Shown here: piece by piece, positions 54,672 through 64,000 of the stretch | Numbering within the stretch: position 1 is the first letter of the stretch | How the letters are laid out: every line of letters starts with the position of its first letter | NCBI GenBank assembly: GCA_963734495.1 | Contig: CAVTHK010000007.1 | Span: 384,001-448,000 of the forward strand | Length of the DNA: 64,000 bases | Direction of reading: 5' to 3' | Source: an uncultured Spirochaetota bacterium | GTDB taxonomy: Bacteria; Spirochaetota; Spirochaetia; SZUA-6; CAVTHK01 | Position numbers and translations under genes: made by a program | Notes under the pieces: model-generated | What the model was told of the DNA's origin: nothing | Databases searched by the model: none | Seen by the model: the letters and a program-made list of their open reading frames with translations, nothing else

Positions 54672-55925
54672 ATGGGCCGTTTCCGCGAGGAACGCATCGT
54701 CATCGCGCTCCTGGCGTCCGCGGCCGTCGTGCTGTCGGTGCTCGCCGTGCTGCTGATCCGCGGCGCCCGCACCCGCGAGACACTTCTGCTCGAGTACCAG
54801 GCCGAGCGCGCGGCGGGGAGCCTGCTGGACGCCTACCGGAACGGCAGCCTCGACTCCGAGCGGGGCGACGGCGGCGTCCGCGGGTTCGGCCTCTACGGCG
54901 TCGACGGTGAGGCTGTCGTGCGCCAGGGCACCGCTCCCCAGCGGCTTTCGCCGGAGGACGCGCTGGCCCGCCGCGACCGCTTTGTCCACGATCCGGCCCA
55001 TCGCACCGTGACCCTCCTGCGGCCGATCGGGCCGGCGTCGATGCGGTCCATGATGGGGATGCAGGGACGGCGCGCACCCGGGTTCGGGCAGCCGCCGGGG
55101 GCGGGGCGGCAGGGAGCCGGCGGGCCCGCGTTCCTGTTCGTCGAGCTCGGGACAGACGAGTACTGGCGGGTCGAGAACCGTTTCCGCGCCGCCTCGTTCC
55201 TGACGCCCGTCGCGATTGCCGCGATCGCCGCCCTGGCCGGCTACCTCTACTGGAAGAATGCCGGCTACCGCAGGCGCATGGCCGCCCAGGACGAGCTCGC
55301 GCGGCTCGGCGAGGTCGCGCGGACCCTGGCCCACGAGATCAAGAACCCGCTGGGCGCGATCCGCCTGCAGACCGGCATCCTCAAGCGCACGGTCGCGTGG
55401 AGAGGGATTGCGGGAGATCACGCTGATCGAGGAGGAGGTGACGCGCCTCGCGCTCCTCTCTGACCGCATCGCGACGTTCCTGCGCGATCCGCGCGGCGAC
55501 CCGAGGCCCATCGACATCGAGCCGTTCGTCACGAGCCTCCTCGCGCGTTTCGGCGACACGGTCCATTTCCGCGCCGACCCGGCCGCGGCGGGCGCTCAGA
55601 TCTCCTTCGACCCCGACCGGCTCCGCTCGGTGCTCGAGAACCTCGTGTCGAACGCGCTCGAGAGCGGAGCGAGCGAGCCGCCCGAGGTGGCGGTGACGGC
55701 GGACCCCGGCCGCGTGGAGGTCGCCGTGCTCGACCGCGGCGCGGGCATTGCGCCCGAAGACAGCGACCGCGTGTTCGACCCCTTCTTCACGCGCAAGATC
55801 AAGGGCTCAGGCGTGGGCCTCGCGATCGCCCGGCGTTTCGCCGACGCCGCCGGAGCGGAGCTCCGCCTCGAGTCGCGGGCCGGCGGAGGAACCTCCGCCC
55901 GGCTGCTCGCGCGGAGGGTGCCGGC

Positions 55926-55929
<4 letters not shown>
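54672..55929 (+). CDS. Sensor histidine kinase (frameshift near 55400)
   Basis: Two TM segments; LAHEIKNPL, NLVSNA, DRGAGI, FDPFFT, GVGL. Confidence 0.9.
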
Positions 55930-57248
<1,319 letters not shown>

Positions 57249-57304
57249 AGGGCGCCGCCTCGCCGCGTTCGTCGGACGTCGCGGGCCGCGCTATATTCGT
57301 AGCG

Positions 57305-57728
57305 ATGGCTCGCGTTCTTGTGGTCGATGACGATGACGCGACGCGCCTTTCGCTGCGCCGGGCGCTCGAGCAGGCGGGTCACGAAGTCTCCGAGGCGCGG
57401 GACGGCGCTGCGGCGCTCACGCTCGCTCAGGCCGTGCGACATCGTCGTCATGGATATCGTCATGCCGGTCAAGGGCGGCCTCGAGACGCTCATCGAGCTG
57501 CGAGGCGGACGCCCCCGGATCGGGGTGATCCTGATGAGCGGCACCGCCCAGACCGCGGCCGGGCCCTTTCAGCACCTGGCCGAGCGGCTCGGCGTCGAGC
57601 ACGTCTTTGCCAAGCCCGTTCCTCTCGACCGCCTCCTCGCCGCGGTGGCGGAGCTCACGTCGCACCTGAGCCGGACCCTATGGGGCGCCCCCCGCGCGGC
57701 GAGCCTGCGCTCGAACTCCCTGCGGTAG
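57305..57728 (+). CDS. Single-domain response regulator (frameshift near 57432; 3' end uncertain)
   Basis: MARVLVVDDD, DIVVMDIVMP..GG, ILMSG, FAKP. Confidence 0.8.
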
Positions 57729-59192
57729 CCGGCGATGCCGGGAAGCTCGCGTGGAGGCACCGGTGCGAGCTCGATCTCGAAGAGATCCTTGACCTCCGCG
57801 GGGTCGAGCTTCTCCATGGCCAGCTTTCCCGTGATCGCGGCGCCGAAGGCGGTGGCCTCCTTCATGCTCGTGAGAGACACGCGCGAGCGGGGCGCGAGAG
57901 CGGCGAGCAGGGCGTTGTAGGCCTCGTTCCGGCGGAAGCCGCCCTCGACGTAGAGCGTCTCGCCCGCCCGCATGCCCGCCCTGCGCAGCGCCACTTCGGT
58001 CTGGAACGCGAGCGACAGGTTGAGGACGGGCACGGCCGTGGCCGGGTCGCGGAAGAACGCGGGGACGGTCTCACCCTTCGCCACGGCCTCGAACGGCGTC
58101 ACCTTGTCCCCCTCCACGATGCGGGCGCGGGAGCCCGTGAACTGCCCGGTCCCCGGGAATATCTCGGGCAGGATGAACAGCCGGCGCTCGCGCAGGATCC
58201 GGCCATAGACCTCGGCGTCGAAGGCCGAGCTGCCCTCGCTGCCCGCGGCCTTGCGGAAGAGCGCCATGTACGTGTCGTACTCGAGCCCTCCGACGAAGAT
58301 CGCGGTCTTGACCGGCCTCGAGAACGCGTCGAGGTTGTAGAAGACGACCTTGCCGATGTCCTCCTCCTCGAACCGCACCTCACGCGAAGGCTTCATGATC
58401 ACGCACCAGGTCCCGGTCGAGTTGAGAACGAAGTCTTCCTGCGCCTTGATGAGGTACGGGAGGAGCGAAGCGTTGGAATCGTGGATGCCCATCGTCACGA
58501 TCGTCGACGGGTCCAGCCCCGTGCGCCGCGCGACCTCGGGTGTCACGGTGCCCAGCACGTCCCAGGAGCGCCCGACCTGCGCGGGGAGCTTGTCGATGAT
58601 GCCGAGGTCCCGGGCGACGCTCGACCAGCGGCCGGCCGCGAAGTCCCAGAGGTACGAATGGCAGCCCACGTAGGTCGCCTCGGCCCCGACGCGTCCCGTG
58701 AGCAGGAACCCGAAATACTGCGGGTAGTTGAGGATGTGACGCACCCGCGGCGAAGTCCTGCGGGAAGCGGGTCTTCAGAAAGTAGACCCCCTTGGCCACG
58801 TTGAGCAGCGAGCTGAAACGGGGAGTCGCCGTGACGCGCTGCAGGGCGTCGCTCGCGCCGAACGCGCGGTAGAACTCCTCGTTGAACTCCTCGCCCGGGT
58901 CGGTCGTGTAGGAGATGACTCCCGGCACGGCCTTCCCGCCGGCGTCGACGGCGGCGAACGTGGCCCCGTGAGTGCAGACCGACACGACGCCGATCGGGTG
59001 CCTGCGCGCGTGCGCCGCCAGCTGCTCGAAGAACCAGGCGTCGATCGCGTCGATGTCGTCCAGATCCACCCCATCGCGGCGCACGAGCGGGAACTCCGCG
59101 TAGACCGACTCGAGAAGGTTGAGCCGCGAATCGAACACCAGCAGCTTCTTGTTGGTCTTGCCCACGTCGAAGACAGCTATGCAGTATTCCAT
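57569..59192 (-). CDS. FGGY-family carbohydrate kinase (frameshift near 58745; true stop may be near 57678)
   Basis: FDVGKTNKK, THGAT, YVGCHSYLWDF, GIHDSNAS, STGTW, YVEGGF, EATAFGAA. Confidence 0.88.
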
Positions 59193-59238
59193 ATCGCCCC
59201 CTCACCCCGCGGGCATTCGCGCCGCCGCCGCCGCGGCG

Positions 59239-61220
59239 CTACCCGAGCATCACCTGGCCGCCGGTCACCGGGATCGCCTGGCCGGTCTCGTAGCGCTGCT
59301 CGACCGCGTACAGCAGCGCGCGGAACACGTCGGCGACCCTGCAGCCGCGGCCCATGGGAACCAGCGATTCGTAGTGGCGCTTGACGTCTTCGACCGTGCG
59401 GGCGCCCGGGACCTTGCCCGCGGCCAGGTACTGCACGAAGAGGCCGTTCTTCGGGTCGGCCCAGAGGGGGCCTTCGAAAAAGTTGCCCGGGCAGATGGCG
59501 TTCACCTTGATCCCGTCCTCGATGAGCTCGAGGGCAAAGCTCTGCGTGAGCCCGATGCCGCCGAACTTCCCGCCCGCATAGGCAAAGTTCCTGCGGCTTC
59601 CCACGAGGCCGCTCTTGGAGTTGATCTGCACGATGTCGGCCGACCAGTCGGCGGCGAAGCGATGCTGGATCTTCATGATCCTCGCGGCCGCGCGGGCGCA
59701 CAGGTAGTAGCCGGTGTAGTTGACGCGCGTGACGGCCTCGAACGTCGCGGGGTCGGTGGTCTCGATGTCCCCCGCCCGGAGAATCCCAGCGTTGCTCACG
59801 AGCAGGTCGAGGCCGCCGTACTCGAGCGCGGCCGCGAGCACCATCGACCAGGCGGACGCCTCACTGGTGACGTCGGCCGGCACGGCGAGCGCCCGGCCGG
59901 CGCCGTGCGCCGCGGTGATCTCCGCGGCCCGCGCGCGCGCCTGCGCCTCGTTGACGTCGGCCACGACGACGTGCGCCCCCTCGGCGGCGAGGCTCAGCGC
60001 GAGCCCGCCCGCCAAAGCCCTGCCCGCCGCCCGTGACCACCGCGATGCGCTCGGCAAGACGCGGGCCGCCGCCCGCGCCGCGCCCTTCGGCCACCTTCTT
60101 GCGGAAGCGTTCGACCTCCCAGCCGCCGATGAACCGCACGAGCCGTTCCGGCATCGGCTTGCTGCCGCCGAAGCTCTCGGCGTAGCAGGCGATCCGCAGC
60201 GCGTCCCGGAACAGCGCCCACGTCGTGTCCGCGTCCTTCTTCGCGGGTCCCCAGGAGTACAGGCCCAGCCCCTGCACCGCCACCACGCGCGGGCCTGCGC
60301 CCCAGCGCTCCCGGTAGGCCGCCACCGCGCGCTCGCATGCCTCGGTTTGCGCCTCGAGGTCGTCGTGCGCCGGCCACCCACAGCGGCTTCCGCCCGCAAT
60401 AGACCATGTGGTCGGGCGTGAACGGTTCGTCGAACACCCGGAACGCGGCCTCGTCGGCGATCCGCAGCCGGACCTCCGCGCTCGTCCGGAAGACGACGAT
60501 CGAGCTCTCGCCGCCCTTGAGCAGCATGCGGAGCGCGGGCGCAAGGCGGCCGGCGCGCTCGCGGTCGAACGCCGCTTCGCTCTCGTCCGGCTCGCGGCCG
60601 ACCCTGCCGCGCATCGCCTTCACGACGCGCTCGGTGAGCCTGCGGACCGTCCCGGCATCGGGGGCAGCCACGAACAGGCCGTGGTTCTCGATGAGCACGA
60701 GCGACGGGGTGCGGCCGTGCTTCGCGCGCCAGGCCTCCATGAGCTCGCGCATCCTCGCCGCGAGCACGTACCCTGGCTCGATCGCCTCCACCCAGAGCAC
60801 GTCGTCGCCCAGCAGCTCGCGCGCCGCCCGCTCCCCGTCGCGTCCGCAGGTGAGCCCGTTGACGAGCGCGGGGTGAGTGTGCACGACGAGAGGCTCGGGA
60901 AAGAGGTCATGGAGAAGGGTCTCTACGCTCGGCCTGAGAGAGGCGCCGGGGACGCGCGCGGCGTTCAGGTCGGCCAGCACCTCGGCCTCCCTCGTCTCCT
61001 CGCGGTCCGGGTAGCGCCGCCGCCACAGGACCGCGAGCTTTTCGCGGTCCATCTCGACGAACGTCGCGCCGGATGCCTCGGCCAGGCTCGTGCCCGAGGC
61101 CTTGACGTGGAGAACGCCGCCGATTTTGAGCGATGTGTTGCCACCGCCCGCGAGCACGTAGTCCGGGTCGGCTCCGTAGAAACGCGAGATCTCGTACAGT
61201 TGAGCCAGTGCCTGGTCCAT
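59239..61220 (-). CDS. Fused class II aldolase/adducin domain + SrlD-like SDR (frameshifts near 60370 and 60020)
   Basis: [87 protein letters not shown]. Confidence 0.85.
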
Positions 61221-61393
61221 GCGACGTCCTCCGACCGGGGCGCGCGGCGCGGGCGGCGCCGCCTGTTTGCCGGCGCCATCTTAGCCGATGGCGCCGCAGA
61301 TGGAAAGCCGGGAACATGCGGGAGATGGCGACAGCGCCGGGCATCCCCCTCAGCCAGTGGCGATCCGCTCCCCGACCGGGTATAATCGCCGCC

Positions 61394-62944
<1,551 letters not shown>

Positions 62945-62971
62945 GAGCACCGCCCGCGCGGCGGTCAGCCT

Positions 62972-64000
62972 TCAATATAGCTCTTCGAGGACGTAGAAGA
63001 GATTCTCGTGCGTCCCGAAGACGATCCACTTGCCCGCGACGACGGGCGCGCTCAGCATGGCGCCTTCGAGCGGCAGCGTCCACAGAAGCTTCCCGTCGCG
63101 CGCCGAGAGCACGATCAGCTCGGGCCCCTTGCCCTCGCTCGCGTCGATGCCGAAGTAGACGCGGTCGCCGGCCACGGTCGGCGCGCTCGTCGTCGGAGCC
63201 CGGAACTGGCGCTTCCACGCGATGCGCCCGCTCCGCTTGTCAAAGGCGCGCACGACGGTGTCGCCGCTGGTGTAGATCACCTTGTCCCGCCACAGCGCGG
63301 GCGCGAGGTAGTCGAGCAGGTCGAGGTTCTGGTCGAAGAGGTTCTCGGGGTCGCCCTCGGCATAGCGGCCCCAGTCCGACGTGTCGCTGTACGTCCATCT
63401 CTCGGCGCCGGTGCGGCGGTCCAGCGCGTAATACTTGAGCTCCCAGTTGTTCCCGTAATCTCCGGCCGTGCTGTAGTAGAGCGTGTTGCCGTCGAGAGCG
63501 GGGAACGAGTACCACGTCGCGCCGTCCGCGAGCGTGTCGATGACCCAGAGGTAGGCCAGGCTGTTGAGGTCGTAGGCGCCGAAGCTCACCGGCCTGCTCT
63601 GCGGGCCGGGGGCGAAGTACATGACGTCGTCGTAGACCTGGAACGTGTGATAGTACCACACGGGGTTCGGGATCTCGTGCTCTTCGACGCCCGCCGGGTT
63701 CAGCAGGAACGTGGCTCCGCCGTCGCTGGTAAAGAGGAGGCGGTCCTTGTAGCGCACGATGGTCGACTGCACCGTGCGGCCCGTCTGGAACGACCAGCGC
63801 AGCTTGCCGTCCTTCTGGTCGACGGCGTAGACCTTGCCGTCGTTGGAGCCGAGGTAGACGGTGTCCTTGTCCGCCGCCGCCACGGAGTTGATCGCGCCCT
63901 CCGTCTTGAAGACCCACCGCATAAAGCCGCTCTCGATGTCGAGGGCGTAGAAGTTGCCGTCGGTCGAGCCGAAGTAGATCGTCCCGTCCTTGACCACCGG
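62972..64000 (-). CDS. PQQ-like (BamB-type) beta-propeller repeat protein, 5'-partial
   Basis: Repeated YFGSTDGNFYALD..SG...W / YLGSNDGKVYAVD..DGKLRWSF motifs. Confidence 0.88.
   Translation of the reverse strand, partial: PVVKDGTIYFGSTDGNFYALDIESGFMRWVFKTEGAINSVAAADKDTVYLGSNDGKVYAVDQKDGKLRWSFQTGRTVQSTIVRYKDRLLFTSDGGATFLLNPAGVEEHEIPNPVWYYHTFQVYDDVMYFAPGPQSRPVSFGAYDLNSLAYLWVIDTLADGATWYSFPALDGNTLYYSTAGDYGNNWELKYYALDRRTGAERWTYSDTSDWGRYAEGDPENLFDQNLDLLDYLAPALWRDKVIYTSGDTVVRAFDKRSGRIAWKRQFRAPTTSAPTVAGDRVYFGIDASEGKGPELIVLSARDGKLLWTLPLEGAMLSAPVVAGKWIVFGTHENLFYVLEELY

Overview
High-GC chromosomal segment, probably from a free-living Spirochaetia bacterium. The best taxonomic evidence is a flagellar-collar FlcA-like gene with a spirochaete-type N-terminus. 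About 20 genes are split by single-base frameshifts, most likely long-read consensus errors, so features are given as reconstructed genes. In order, the window contains: murD; a tRNA-Thr(CGT) whose 3' 46 bp are duplicated 7.6 kb downstream, bracketing an island with no intact integrase (BBE-type FAD oxidoreductase, pseudokinase-AAA-LuxR regulator, DUF4242 protein, ParB-like pseudogene); yefM-yoeB; a MacAB-TolC-type exporter; DUF4954/NagB-like genes; a cNMP/Crp-CBM48-flcA locus; ilvE; a dispersed ~31 kb sugar-catabolic region (SorE-like reductase, epimerase, DapA-like, NagB-like, Gfo/Idh/MocA, fused E1 alpha/beta plus E2, DeoR, ABC transporter, fucI, TIM-barrel epimerase, FGGY kinase, class II aldolase-SrlD-like fusion). 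Within that region lie a DUF222-HNH gene, a SARP/BTAD-cyclase-like-AAA regulator facing an MBL hydrolase, and a sigma54 two-component system. A DUF853 ATPase and a partial beta-propeller gene end the window. The most notable unannotated signals are cis-regulatory: an AfsR-type direct-repeat box, a shared 7-4-7 box on both island operons, an SOS-box-like palindrome on the HNH promoter, and recurrent leaderless promoters. All assignments come from reading motifs by eye; no searches were run.
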